In this document: positions 26,715 through 40,783 of the stretch, one piece after another
Position numbering within the stretch: position 1 is the stretch's first letter
Layout: every line of letters starts with the position of its first letter
NCBI GenBank assembly: GCA_029717555.1
Contig: JAMDHS010000023.1
Location: 124,001-188,000 of the forward strand
Direction: 5' to 3'
From: Peribolospora baueri
Lineage: Eukaryota
Length of the DNA: 64,000 nucleotides
Notes under the pieces: model-generated
The model's database searches: none
Seen by the model: the letters and a program-made list of their open reading frames with translations, nothing else
Told to the model about the DNA's origin: nothing
Made by a program: the position numbers and the translations under genes

Positions 26715-29205
26715 TTAGAGTTTGAACTTGGGGTCCGCAGGCAAGGACAAGGCCATCTTTTCGTACACCTGCGCGCCGTGCGATTTGGGCACGGCGTTCA
26801 CGTGCGTCTCGAGGCCGCGCGTGTCGACCATTTGGGGGACGACGTCCGCGAGGGTGGGGGCGCCGACGAGGCGCATGTTCATCTAAGGGAACGGGAAGGA
26901 AGGACCGAGGGCGGGAGATTGTAGGGTTATGAGAAAGGGTTGCTTCTGTCGCGTTTTTACGGCGTCAAAGTCGCGCTCACCTCCATCTCCGCCTTGAGGA
27001 GTTGGATGGCCCTTACGACGCCCTCCGAACCGTAGGCCGAGTAGGCGTACAAGAACGGCCGGCCGATGCTGCAAAGCGGAGAAAGCCGAACCGAGGCCCA
27101 CGACGAGTCCCACAGGTAGAAAAGGGGGGTGGGTTGAGAGACGAGGGCGGCGTTAAACGCTAGCATAGACAGCAGGGGATCGCGAGACGACATACGTACC
27201 CTACAGCCTTAGCACCCATGGCGACAGCCTTGAGGACGTCGGAAGCGCGTCGGACGCCGCCGTCGACGAAGATGTCAAAGTCAGGCCTGTAGAGGCCACG
27301 CGCTTTGAGAGCCGGGACGACCTCTGCGAGGACTTCGATGCCAGAGCGGGAGCTGAGGGGGGTAGTGGGTGGGGGAGAGGATGTCAGTAAGACGAAGAGG
27401 CTGGGAAAAAAAAGTTTAAAAAACGGAGTAGAGCACTCACTAGTCCAACTGCCTGCCTCCGTGGTTACTGAGCACAACGCCTGCACACCCCACCTCGGCC
27501 GCCATCACGGCGTCCTCCCAGCATTGGACGCCCTTCAGGATGATGGGCATGGACGTTATGCTCTTGAGCCACGCCACGTCTTTCCAGTCGAGGCCAGGGT
27601 CGATGAAAGAGGAGATGGCGCGAGCGGCGCCTTGCGAGCGGTCCACACTGCCGCCTTGCTGGACCTTGGACCCTGTGGGCAGCAGGGGGTTGACGATGGG
27701 GTGCGCTCGTCAACCTTGGGAAGAAAAAGGCCACATCTCATCACGACCCCAGCCTGTCACCTCAACTGCTCACCGACATCATCAAACTTCATCCGCATGT
27801 CCTTCTCCCTCCTGCCGAGCTGGGGAGCGTCGACAGTGACGAACAGGCCTTTGATCCCGCGTTCCTCGGCGCGACGAACGATCTTTTCGGTGATCTTGTG
27901 GTCCTTGTTGACGTAGAGCTGGAAGAACTGTACTTGACCTGGTTCGGCGGCATCGACGATCTCATCGAAGGAGCAGGAAGCCAACGTAGGGATCTGAGAG
28001 CATAAGAAAAGGATGTGAGGGTAGTGAGACAGAAAATCCAGTAAGTGAGTATTTGCTCGAGACTACGCGCACCCGAGAGCTGCCTCACCATCTGAATCAA
28101 ACCCTCCTTAGCGGCGGCCCTGGTCAAGTTGATTTCTCCGTCCGGATGACCGAGCTTGCCGAGGGCGGTGGCAGTGATGTAGATGGGCATGGAGCTCTTG
28201 TGACCCAGTAAGGTGGTGGAATAATCGACGTTGGTGACGTCGCGCAGGATTCGAGGCCTGAACCAGATGCGGGAAAAGGCGTTGGTGTTTTCCCGCATCG
28301 TCACTTCATCGTCCGCGCCGGAGGAGTAATAGGCCCATGCCGTCGGCCGCATGACGGTCTTGGCGATGGCCTAGAAGTGCGGGAACGCAACAAGATGGAG
28401 AGAAGATCGACGCAGATGCGAGAGAAGTCAGGGCTGAGGACTCATAGACGGACGAATACATAGTCGTCTTGCCGCGATGGTCGACGACAAACCCACCTCA
28501 AAGTCATACAAGTTGAGCACCTGATCCAAAGCCGGCAACCTCTTATACCTGGCGAGACGCTCCTTCTCCTCGGCGGTCACCTCCTTGACGACCTTCTTGA
28601 CGGTGCTGGGATCGACTCTGCCGAGGCACTTCTCCGGCGGCAGGTTCTCGTCGATGGTGCCGGGAGGGTGAATGGGATCGTACTCCTCTGTTGCGTCCTT
28701 GCCGGCGTACTTGAGAATGATCTTCGAGCCGCCGGGGTGGTCGGGCTTGGTGGGAGGAGAAATGACGGCGAACAGGCCAGGTTCAGCGACGGCATTGGTG
28801 AAACCGGAACGCGTCGATTTGCCAGTCCACTGCTCACCAAGAACTCGGTCACGTCGTATACCTAGGCGGGCGGTTCGCAAAGTGGCGTCGCAGCATACAT
28901 CGTGAGCCAGCAGCACAAGCGTGGGGCAATTGAAGCGTGCAAGCGGCGAGGACTGGGCAGACGGGCACGGCGGGCGACGGCTCACCTTGCCATGGACGAT
29001 GATGTGGCAGTCTTCCGGCTTGTTGTGCTTCGCCACCTAGGAGACGGAAGGTGGTACAATGGAGGGGAGGAAGCGAGGACGGGCGCGTGAGCACGCCTGT
29101 CGGATGGCCGAGCGGGCCGACGGCGACGAGACACGGAAGGCAGAGAGAAAGCGGAGGGAAGAAGAAACGCACCTCGTCGGCTGTGATGAGTTTCTCGGAC
29201 GGCAT
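26715..29205 (-). CDS. CYB2: Flavocytochrome b2 / L-lactate dehydrogenase (cytochrome): cytochrome b5 domain plus FMN alpha-hydroxy-acid dehydrogenase
   Basis: EVAKHN..HPGG heme motif; WAYYSSGADDE, ITATALGKLGHPDGE, FFQLYVN, TVDAPQLGRREKD, VVLSNHGGRQLD, DGGVRRASDVLKA. Confidence 0.93.
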
Positions 29206-30517
29206 TCTGAGCTGCTTCGAGGCAGGGATGAAGGGAAGGGTTTCGCGGTGAGGTCGGCGGAGAGCAGGCGAGCAAGCGAGGCGAACAAGCAAGGCGAACA
29301 AGCGAGGCGAGGTGGACAAGACGGAGACGGAGATGGTGGTGGAGGACGAAGATGTGGGAGCGCAAGACAAGAAGGTGCCGACGCCGGAAGCAAGCTGTCA
29401 ACGATCGGCATCAACGCTCGTCCGTCGGTCAGTTCGGTCGGTGCGGGGTTCAATGCCGCGTTTGCCCGACGACGACAAGGACAACTGCGACATGTCTCCG
29501 GCTTCTTTCTTCTTCCCAAGCCAGTCTAACGCGGACGACCGACGAGGTGCCTCTGCCCAGACACCGACGATGACTGCCGACGGCGACAAACCCATTGGAC
29601 GGACGACCGCCGGGCACAGGTCACTGCCATTGCACCCGATGCTCTTCTGCGCACGCACCTGATATCGGTCCGGGAGGGAACGGCTCGAGGCCAATACAGA
29701 CGACGGCGACGCTGGATGGCGTGGACACAGTGGGATAGAAAAAAGGAAGGAAGAAAGAAAGAAAAAAAATTATGGCCGCCCTGGAGGCGACAAGACGGCA
29801 ACATGAGCAAGCGCTTTGCATTGGAGGCCTACGCGCCGGCAAACTGTCCTCCGGAAAACGGGCAGACTGCTCAGACTTCGTCTTCCTCCAGTCTCGGTGG
29901 AAATGACCGTCGAGCACGTCTTTTTTGTGCACACTAAACTGTGTTTCCACAAAAGGGAGCAAAGGTGGAAGACGTTCAAACGACATCGTTCATCCTCTTC
30001 CAGCACCGCCGGCGCGACCTTATGGTCAATCGCGTCCCCACGTTTTTCTCTCCTTTTGGCGACAACAGGCACAGGGGCACGCAACGGACTCCCTTCGGAC
30101 GAAATACTTCGTGCTGAAGTCAACGGCTGCACACCGTGGCGGACGGACGGGCCATACTTGATACAGAGCCACAACATACGTATGGTTGCGACTGCTCAGA
30201 GGCAACACAAACACAGTCTAGCTAGCATTGTACAAAATCCGTGCGCAGGTGATTAGGGAGGGATGGTGTCCTGAAAAGGTATGTGATGCGAGCTTGGCTT
30301 GTGTCCACGTCCAGGCAAGGGCCCGGAGAGTAAGAGCGAATGCATAAATAACTCGGCAGACCCTCAGGTAGCGGCGGATCTAGGTTTAAGGCAAGCAAGA
30401 GAGGTTCGAGAACGAAAGGTGAAACGAGGCAAGTCAGAGAAGATACCAAGCATGCGCCATGATGATGTGGAACTGAGCTGGCGCATGGTCCCAAGGCGCT
30501 GTTATCGGCCTGTACTG

Positions 30518-33500
30518 TCACTGCTGGTTGGCGTCTGCGAGAGGAGCAGCCGGAGCAATGGATGAGACGTTCAGTTTGACCTGCTGACTCACGAAGGCAT
30601 CCGGAGCACTCACCTCTTCGCCCACCCCATGGCCTTCCAACCGCGGCTTCTTTTCCACCGTCGCGCTTTGAGAAGCCCGCCGTCCGTCTCTCTCCTTCTT
30701 CTTCGAATCATTTCCTTTCCCGCTTCTTTCCTTCATCTCCACGAGCCACTGTCCGCCGTCTCCACCTCCCTTCCGAGACACATCCGCGCTTCCATCCGTT
30801 CTTGCCGTCGTGCGGCTGACCGTTTGACTGAGAGGCCGGAACAGGTGATCACGAGACACCGGTCTCTCGCTCGTCTCGACCTCAGCTTCTATGTCGCCTT
30901 TCCGGCTCTTGCCCGGCACCACGCGAGAAAATGCCGTTCCCTCCGCCCGTTCGCCACTCGCAGAGCCCATGCGGCTGTATGCATCGGTGTTGTCGTCGTC
31001 CACGACGCCATACTCCTCGTCGTAGGCCGGGGCGCTGGACATGCTCCGCGACGGTTGGCGGTACGTGCTTCTATCATCTGCGTCTTCGGCTTCTACCTCT
31101 CCTGGAAGGAGCACGGCGCGATCGATGGCGACCGGGAGACCGCGGTGTCTGCCTCGAATCATGACCATCATGACGATGAGCTTGGACAGCGTCCTGAAAG
31201 CGCCGCTCTAGAACAGGCAAAAAGAGCCAACTGTCAGGAAAAAGACCCAAACTTCAAACGCTCGAAATCTAAAGGACGTACTAGAGAAAAATTATCGTAA
31301 GGAACGCCCAAGCTTAGTCCGACAGTTCCATATGCCGAGGTGAGCTCAAAGATGATAGTGAAGACTGTACAGCAAATAAGTTCCGGTGAGAAAAGAACAC
31401 CAGCGGTAGAAGATCCGGCGGACTTGTCAACCAGGCCGCCAAAAAAAAGGAAACAACTGATAGGCACTTACCGTTGAACCAATAATCCGACTCGCGATCC
31501 TTAATGTTATGCCTTTCGACGATACAGACCAACCAGAGGGCGAATCCGAGCCACCAAATATCTGCAATACCAGGTCACGCATGTTACAGCGGCGTCAGCG
31601 TACTACATCCCTCCCAAGCCCATCGCGTTTCTCACGAGAACACACTCACCAAAAGCGAGCTGCTTCCTAGCGTGCGAAGCAAGGTAATTCCCCCAAAGTT
31701 TCGCCTTATCGCCCGTCTTGCTGCTGTGGACCGGCTCGTCGTCGTCGTAGTTGATAGGCTCTGCGAAGATGCCCAGCGAGCGCTCCTCGTACACGTTCGT
31801 GGAGCGCACGGAGAGGGCGATGGGGTAGACGGAGACATACATCATGATCACGTAGAGCACCCTGAATTGAAACCAAGTCGATGCGATCAGCATACGGCGG
31901 AAAATCACGAAGCATACGCGAAAGACGTACTGGACAGCCGGGGCAAGGGCAGAAAGAGGTACGATCTGGAATCCAGCCGCCCGGACTGGACATCGGATGC
32001 AATCAATGACGTCAGCGAGCTCATCAGCTAAAAAACAACCCCAGTCGCCCTGCTCACCAGCCACGCTCTGCAAGACGCCGTCAGCAACCCTAGTCCCCAC
32101 CGGGATATCCTCAATAACCGGTGTCCCGATATCGAGGACCAAGAAGCTAACCCAGTCGGTCAAGCTGACCGCACAAAGATGAATCAACTGATGGTCAGCC
32201 GACGTGAATTGCCGATGTTACAACCGACAAGAGAAGAGTGGCACCTCACTCACGTCAGCATAATGATGACAGTGAAGAGGAACCATGTTTGGACCGAGGG
32301 GAAAAGATACACGAAGCATCGACGAGGATGATCGAGGAGGAAGCGGAAAGTTTCGTACGCTCGAGACCGAGTTGGGACGCATTTCGAAAGCACCCAGCTG
32401 TAGGTGAACAGCGGAGTTCGAGGTGAGCTCAGCTGCAAAACTCGGACTGGTCGAAAGAAAAAGTGCTCACATGAAGAATCGAAGAAAAACCGGCTGTGGC
32501 GGGTGGAAAGTGTCAACATTTTTGGACAAAATAGCTCATCTGATGCTGATGTACGACGCCAAGCAGCTACTCACGAAGGCAGTATTGCCGGCCAGGATAA
32601 GAAACGACAGTACGAAGATCATCAGATAGGCGTCCTGGAAAGGGACCATGCTCTGGTCTACGACAGAAAAAGCCGAAAGGGCAAGCAGTGAGCTCTCATG
32701 CTGGCAAAACTCTTGGACTGGGTAGGCGGGCAGGGGAGACTCGTTTGCACGACCCACCGAAAAGGGACATGCCAGTGTTTGTATACGCTGACACAACGTT
32801 GAAGAACCAGAACCTATCGGGGAACGTGAGGTGTGTTGTCAGACGAGGCCATTCGGATCGTAGCAGACCGAGAGTCGACGAGCGCCCAGGATAGACGAGA
32901 CGTCTCCGCTTACCAAATAGGATCGACATGATATCCGCTCTGCTCATCCAAAGCGCGCCTATACTTCTCCGCATTGCGGGCGTGGGTAAGCCAAGGCGCG
33001 ACGAGGAGGACGCAAAACAAGTTGACGCCGAGCCAGTAAACAGGAATGAGTGTAGAGAGCATGTCGAGTGCTCGGTACTCCACGCCTCCCAGCTCCTCTC
33101 GCTGTGCCTCCGTAAGGGCGTGGAATACGGAGTTGCGAGACACGGTCGCATCAAAGGAGATGTACGGCGCCGGTCGGCTTGACGTCTCTCCGCTTGTGGA
33201 GCCTCCGCCGCCGGAGACGACGGAGGTATAGGTGGAAGTGTGCGGCACGGTGAGAGTGCGGGCAAAGCGTTTCTGAACCTTGGGGAATACGCGTCGGACA
33301 ACGAAGCCAATCATCGCAAACGGCGTCGGCCACCCGCCATAGCCTCGGGATTTAGACGAGGTCATCGTGCGCGATAGTGGTACGCCAGGGCCTGACCGAC
33401 TTGAATGCTGAGGCCGCGATGGGATCGAGGCCCTCTGACCCGATAGGGCTGATCAAAGCCGAGCAGGGAAACGGATCCGGTCAGACATCGAGATTGTCGC

Positions 33501-35562
33501 ATAGGCCTATCGTGTCTGGTTCAATAACTTTACTACTCACTCCGCTCCATATTGACGTCCGCGTTCCCGACTCCTCGATATCGTATCGAGCCAAGGGTCG
33601 TCAAGGCGGGCCTGCTGCCCACGTGAGGAGGCTCGACAAACTCGACGGTTTGACTTCGGGGAAACGGATCACCTGAATGAGACGAGCAAGCGAGCGGAAG
33701 GAGGAAACATGATTGATCAGCATCGAAGGAGTGCTGCTCGTCGCCTTCAATTCCTCCGACAAGACGAAACGGGGATGCCATTACTCATGACAAAGAGGCG
33801 CTCACCGTGTGGAGAAGGACCGGACGCCGACCCGTCACCCTTTCTGAATTCGTCGGAACCCGGCTCAGAGCCTCGACGGCGATGTTGTCGGCTTCTGAAT
33901 GCTTCGGTAGCCTCCGCGCTAGTCGGCAAAGTGGACGACGGACAGAGCAAGGCCAAAGAAAGATGAGCGTCTGAATCACTGGCAGTCCTGTGGTATGCGC
34001 AATTAACGTCCAATGTGGACTCTCACAAATGCGGTGTCCTACCCTCCCTACTTTCTCGAACGAACGTCTCCGCCCGGCCCAGTAGAATGCCTCCTGACGG
34101 CGGTTCGACAGCCGAGTGCAGCCTCGACCTCGCCGTCCCAGGGTCAGCCTCGGTACGACGAGCATCCTCCTCTTCAATCTCAATAGTCGGAGGCCCGACG
34201 TCATCTGGTGACGTCGGTCTTTCCCTTTTGAGGGGAAGCTGGAGTGCCAAACCGGCCTGTTTCGGGGACCGAGGGAGGGAGGAGACGGAAGAACGAGAGG
34301 GAGCTGCCTGGGAGCTGCCGAGCCCGAGTTGGGGAAAGCCTTCGGTGCGTTCCCTCGCGTCTTCATCCGGCGACGAACCCGATGGAATCGCCTCTTCACC
34401 TTCTCTTCCCGTCCCTCCATAAGGCGGTGCAGGAGCCGAAGCACTTTGTTCCCCAACTTCAGTGTCCATCGCCATGCTCGTCGCCACCTCTCGCTCCCGC
34501 GCCAACCGTGCTTCCGCAGCCTGACGATCCAGTTGTCGCTGGGCAGTTTCCTGGTTGGACTTGGAGGAGATGGCACCCATTGGGTTGACGAGCACGGCGG
34601 GCGTTTCGAGCCTCCTGACCATGTCTTTCCTGATTTTGCCCCGCTTGCCCGGTTTTCCCGCCGGAGGGCGTTTTTCGACGCGAGATGCGGGCGTCGTCCC
34701 TTCCTCTGCTGGCATCGCCGCTTTTGGCGAGCCATGTTCGGTGTCCGGGTCTAAAGATCGAGAGAAGGAGGGGGTAGAAGGATAACTCCCACCAACCTTT
34801 CCGTCCCGGCCGGGCACGCCACCAACGCCTAACTGATCCTTGAGAAACTGGAAGATCCTGCGTTTTCCTTTAAGCCTTTGCTCCTCTAGCTCGATCTCTA
34901 CGGCGCGTTGACGAGATTTTGGGTTGTTCCGCACCACCGCTTCGAATTTGAGCCGGAAGAAGTGGCTGACAGTTGACAAGGTAGCGAACAATTGAAGAAG
35001 TCAGATATCTTCCCGTATCTGGCACATGAGAGTACGCCGAAACTCACCGCCTGATCAAGACCATAAGTACGGAGACAGCGCTCTAAATGAAAGGAAATAC
35101 ACTATCGGCGGCCATTCTTCTATCAACATGCCTCGACGGCGTGTCACACGACCGGGAGCAGCGATGCGGGACTCACAGTGTTACCGATACACATGAGGAA
35201 GAACAAGATGGCGCGCTGCCACTGTGTTATGGTACTAAGATTGAGCGTGCTGAGACCGGTGACGGTCATGGCGCTGACACACACGAAAAGACAGTCGATA
35301 TAGGGGTGGGGGTACTCTTCACCGTTGGAGGCATAGAAGATGGCCGAGAAAACGAGAGGAATGACGATGAAGGCGCCCATGTGAATGCGGCTGAGCCCCA
35401 AATCACAAAATGGACAGGGATGAGAGAGAGCAAATGCAGAGAGCCCGGTCTGAAGTGAAGGAGGGAGAGCAGACGGAAGGCTCACTAGAAATTAAGGTGC
35501 TCGGCGGCGAAACCCCTCAGGCCTGGGGCGCGCTTGAGGAAGGGGGGTACCTCGGACTTCAT
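30518..35562 (-). CDS. TRK1: TRK-family K+ transporter
   Basis: HLNFYRIH, YIDCLFVCVSAMTVTGLST, EELGGVEYRAL, VSAYTNTGMSL, LILAGNTAF, LDHPRRCFVYLFP, VRAAGFQIV, SVRSTNVYEERSLG, FELTSAYGTVGLSLG, RGRHRGLPVAIDRAVLLP. Confidence 0.93.
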
Positions 35563-37608
35563 GGGGGGCGATCCAAAGGTCGTTGCGTCGACCGCCGGAT
35601 GCCAATCAGCCGCTCAACCACGGACAGCGAGCAGCTCGAGGCAGCCAGCGTAGCCGATCTGGCGTTGCAGTGGCGACGAGGAGGGAATGTCTCGCGTCCA
35701 ATTGAAGCGAGAGGGGCCAAGTGCATATGTTTTGTTTGCTGCGGCAATGGGCGGACTCGGTCGATCATCCCGACGTCCGCGTCGTATCTGATCTGATCAT
35801 ACGACAGGGTACGGCCGCCATCCTTCTTTCCTAATGCGCAGACGGAAGCGCTGCTGTATTCTTCTCCCTGTGTCGACGGTGTATATCTTGAGCGTCCATT
35901 CGTTCTAGATGCAGGCATCCAAGGCAACTTTTGAGCAAGCACTCACGGCTCGATCATTCTGGCTTCGCCTCTGCCGCCATGTCCATTTTGACGCTGTTTT
36001 CCTCTTAACCAGTATGCGCCCACAGGACCCCGATCAGACGTAGTGCTTATTCAACCCTCCTTTAAACGTCGGGCAGGTGTTCTTCTTGAGCACTCGAAAA
36101 GAAGGCTTCAGCATTTTCTGATCTTGCCGACGACGCGGCCAGGTTTTGCATCGTGTTGTTTGCTCACGCTTCCCTCATCCTTCTCCACTGTCACTGGATC
36201 TACTCGCCGAGACGATCATCTTCTCATACCAGGACGGGAGATTGTCCATGAATCTGCAAGGGACCAGCGCTCCGCCTCGATGGATTCCAAAGTTATATCG
36301 AATGGAAACTCCGCGCAGGCAGGCGGTTCTGGCGGGGACTTGGAGGTGGGGACGCCGGAGACGGGAGGGAGGATCAATACATTTTGCGCGAGTAACTCTC
36401 TCCACGATTGCACCATGTGATTTGGAAGCGATTATGCCCACGGAGGCTGCCGGCGCGGTCGCAGACACTTGCACACCATTTTTTCTTGGAACGAACCTTC
36501 TGTCATGAATCCTACCGGTACATATAGCTTCTGGGATTGGTCAGTAGCTAGACTGACCAAAAGTGCCTTTTGCTGGCCTAGATGGATTGTGTTTCCCAGA
36601 CTCAATCCTGACACCTTCTCTGCGAATTACACATCTCTCCTCCATCTCGTCCGCGAGAAACGGCCTCACTTCGACCTCCAGTCGGGGTTCCCCATACCCG
36701 ACTAGTTGCCACGCTGCTTGGCTGCTCTTTCTGGGAGTTCCGGTAGGTCAGTCGATGGGTATAGTTGACGGTGATATGGTTCAACCCGACGAGATGGAGA
36801 TGCCATGGTGCCTTTTCGCCTCCCCAGTCTGACAGCTGCGCTTCATTCACCCCAGCTTTGTGGATGGATGGGATCCGACGGGGACAGATAAATCTGCTGA
36901 CGGGGTACCCCTTCTCAAACGGATGAAATGGAACGACGGGAGAATGTGTACTACATAATGATGGTCCTGGCCAGAAACCTCGGACGCCAAAGGCGTCGCC
37001 CTCTGGCCTGCTGTGGTTAGGTCGTGTCAGCAGCGGCGGGTCAGGCACGGAGGATGGACAGGTCGTGGAAGGGAACCCTGTCGAAGCTGATGAAGTGGGC
37101 TTATGTGAGCTGTGCGAGCGGAAGGGGAACTGCCCGTTCCTGTCTCTCGCAATGCACTCACGGCGAATGTATCAAAACTTGGCGCCTTGGCCAGGCGTCC
37201 TCCATCTCAAGCCTGTCCACTCACGATGTCCGGAAAAACGTTTTTCTGCGCTTCAATGCCGGCGAAACACGATTGCTGTCAAGGCCGAAATCAATTCAAG
37301 CCGGAAAATGGCGAGCGTGATCAGCTGGATCGGGAATGGACTCGGTCCGGTTCATCCTTTCAGCCGCCGTCCCGACGGTCCGTCCGTGTCGTCCGTGCGA
37401 GGCCTAACCCCACTCCGACTTTCGTACGACCAAAACCTTCCCTATCCCTTCCGGCTTACAGGCTTCCGTCGCAATAAAGCATCACAAGCCAACGGCGCTC
37501 ACCTGTCACCTTCCTTCCTCTCCTCATCCGATCCCCTATCCTCCCACCACCACCTGCCCCCCCCTCTCCCCCACCCCCCGGCCCCGTCGTCACTGACCAA
37601 CCCTCGCC

Positions 37609-40346
37609 ATGTTCGCTCCTGCCAACTTGCGCGTCATAGCCCCCCGGCGACTGCCACGGACGCCGAGCAGGGTACACCGTCTTGCACAGGTGAGCTTTTG
37701 ATGTATTTGGACGGACGTGATGCCGACAAATGGAAGAGGAGAATGACGCTGACCCCTCTGGACTTTCCTCTCCCTCACCCCTCTCCAAAGCCGCTCGCCT
37801 TTCGCTTGCTGTCCACCACCTCTCCTGCCCGGTCCGTCGAGCTCGGAGACAGCAAGCAGGGCAGCGGCTCTGCACTCAAGAAGCTTTGGACCTCCGCAGA
37901 TGAGGCCGTCAAGGACATGAAGGGAGATAGCGTCGTTCTCAGTGGAGGGTTTGGACTCTGTGGCACTCCTGGTGAGCAAGAGGCGGTATAGCCAAGGAGC
38001 CTCCGCAATGAGCCCGAGAACCGTGATACAGCGAGCGGGAACAGCGTTTACGCGTTTGAGCCGTACCTATTCTCTATCTTCCTGTCTTTCTTTCCGTCGT
38101 CCCGTAGACACACTCATCGGCGCCATCTCTCGCCGACCGGAGATCAAGAACCTCACTTGCGTCTCCAACAATGCTGGAGTCGGGGAGAGGGGATTGGGTG
38201 AGTGGATAGCCGGATGATCGTTGAGGGATCGTTTCTTTTTACCGTCTGCGAAGAAAAAAAGGGAGAAGGACGCTGTGGACTCTTTGGGTCGCATTGCTGA
38301 CCTTCCATCTCCATCCCCTTCTCTCTATCGCCTTTCTCCGTCACAACCTTCATCAAGGCAAACTGCTTCACTCTGGCCAAATATCCAAGATGATCTCCTC
38401 TTTCCTTGGTACGAACAAGCATTTTGAGAAGCTCTACCTGATGGGAAAGGTCTCCCTCGAGCTCACTCCGCAGGGATCGCTCGCCGAGCGATGCAGGGCG
38501 GGAGCGTTCGGCATCCCCGCGTTTTACACGCCGGCTGGGTACGGTACGGCTGTGCAAACGGGAGAGATTCCGATCAAGTACAAGGACGACGGAAGCGGGG
38601 AGGTGGAGGTGTACGGAAACCCGAGAGAGGTCAGGGAGTTCAATGGAAAGGGATACCTCCTGGAAGAAGCCATCAAAGCTGACTACGCGATCGTCAAGGC
38701 GTGGAAGGCGGATGAGCTGGGCAACTGCGTTTTCCGGTGAGTCCATCCCGGCTCATCTAATCGGAAGGTGCGCTCTCAACCCTGGCCTTCGCTCGCTCCT
38801 CTCGCAGCTACGCCGCCAACAACTTCTCCACGGCCTTCGCCAAGAACGCGCGCGTGACGCTCGTCGAGGCAGAAGAGATTGTCCCGGTCGGCACGCTTGA
38901 CCCAGACCACGTTCACCTGCCGGGTGTCTACGTGGACCGGATCGTGCCGTCGACGCACAAGAAGGAGATCGAGTTTGCCACGCTCAGCGATGAAGGCCAT
39001 GATAAGGCGGCGGCTGCGCTGGGCAAGGATTCGGCGCGGCAGAGGAGGGAAAAGATTGTCAAGCGCGCGGCGCAGGAGCTCAAGGACGGCATGTACGTCA
39101 ACTTGGGCATTGGCATGCCCAACTTGGTGAGTTGAGGTGGATGGCGTGACCGGAGAGCGGGGTTGGGCCGAGTCGAGCGATAGGAGAGCCAAGCACGAAG
39201 CGTCTGACTCCGTCCATCCTCTTTCCTTCCCTCGTCCACCAGGTGCCGACCTTCCTCCCGCCTGGCGTGAATGTCCGTCTGCAGTCGGAGAACGGCATCC
39301 TTGGTGGGTTTGGCCATGTTGGATGAGCTATGAGCTACGGCTCATCCCTACTTTTCTCTCTATCTCTCTCACACACAAATAGGCATGGGCCCCTACCCTA
39401 CTAAGGATCAACTTGATGCGTGAGTTACACAACAACGATCTGGACCCAGCTTCTCTATTCTCTTCTATCTTTACTTAGCCGATATCGACCCTTCCGCCCC
39501 ACTCCTCCCTCAGCGACATCATCAACGCCGGCAAGGAAACCGTCACTCTTCTTCCAGGAGCGGCAACGTTCGAATCGACCGAGTCTTTCGGTATGATCCG
39601 CGGCGGCCACATCGACGTCTCGATGCTCGGTGCGCTCCAGGTCTCCGCGGCCGGCGATTTGGCCAACTACATGATTCCCGGACAGAGTGAGTTCGACTTC
39701 TCACCAAGCGGGCCGAGCGCTGACGCGTCGGTTCGTACAGACGTGCTGATGAAAGTGCGTGTACCACTCTGCGCCGCCTTCTTTTTTCCCCGTCTTAAAG
39801 TGGTCAAGGGTCCTGGCGGTGCAATGGATTTGGTCAGCAACCCTGACGGCACCAAGGTGGGTGACACGTTTTCTGCTTGAATAATCCCGCCCCCTGGCCC
39901 CCATCTGAGGACCAGAGCAGACCTTTGCTCACGGGACGCCTTCGCCTCGTCCACTTTTATTCTTTGTAACGCGCACGAACAGATCCTCGTCCTCACCGAT
40001 CACGTCGACAAGAAGGGCCGGCCGAAGATCGTCGAAAAGACGTCCCTTCCCTTGACCGGTGTCCGCTGCGTCTCCACCATCATCACGGATCTCGTGCGTA
40101 CTCCTGCATTGTCATCGTCCACGATCACCCACTCTACAATAGCCGTTATGACGTGACTTGCTCACGGCTTCCTCTCCAATCTTTTCCTTGTCCTTCCCCG
40201 TCGACCCATTGCAGTGCGTCTTCGAGGTCGACCGCAAGAACGGCGGACTGACGCTCAAAGAGCTGGCGGAAGGGGTGGACGTGGCCACCGTAGAGAAGAA
40301 CACAGGCGCAAAGTTCAAGGTCGCAGAGGATCTCAAGACATTCTGA
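37609..40346 (+). CDS. OXCT1: Succinyl-CoA:3-ketoacid CoA-transferase (SCOT), mitochondrial
   Basis: Arg-rich presequence; [52 protein letters not shown] (catalytic Glu), [28 protein letters not shown]. Confidence 0.95.
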
Positions 40347-40783
40347 TTGCGTTGCTAATGCCCGAGCCCGACCTTCCGTATTTCCGTTTGTATCCTCTGT
40401 TTCCTTGGCTTGCGGATGGAGAGGAGCTGGCTGCGAGCGTCGAGGTGCTTTCCAGTGTTGGTCCCAATAGACGTACGTCTCCGGAGGAACATAGTGTTAC
40501 TGTCTTCTTCTGAGTTTGGAGGGAGCAATGGAAGCGCCAGTCATGTATATAGCACTATCATTCGGCTCTCACCGAGTTGAACTCGCTGGCTGTACTCCAC
40601 CAATGGCTGACTAAGCGAGCGTCCCTGCTCGTGTCATGAGCACCGCGGTCTTTGCTGTGACCACATCGCCCCTTCAGTCGATCTACATAGGGACTGTCAC
40701 CCACGACGAGCGTGGCCGCCTTCCGCTTTCTTTTCCTCCTATCGTCTCTCTCTCACCCTTCGACAGACAGCACATGCGCAGCG

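Noticed and set aside
29840..29865. CGG-N4-CGG upstream of CYB2 as a carbon-source response element
   Set aside because: Spacing does not match the CSRE consensus and CGG pairs are frequent at this GC content
36418..36420. In-frame TGA near Cys/His residues as a possible selenocysteine codon
   Set aside because: No recognisable selenoprotein motif or SECIS seen, and Dikarya are not known to have Sec machinery
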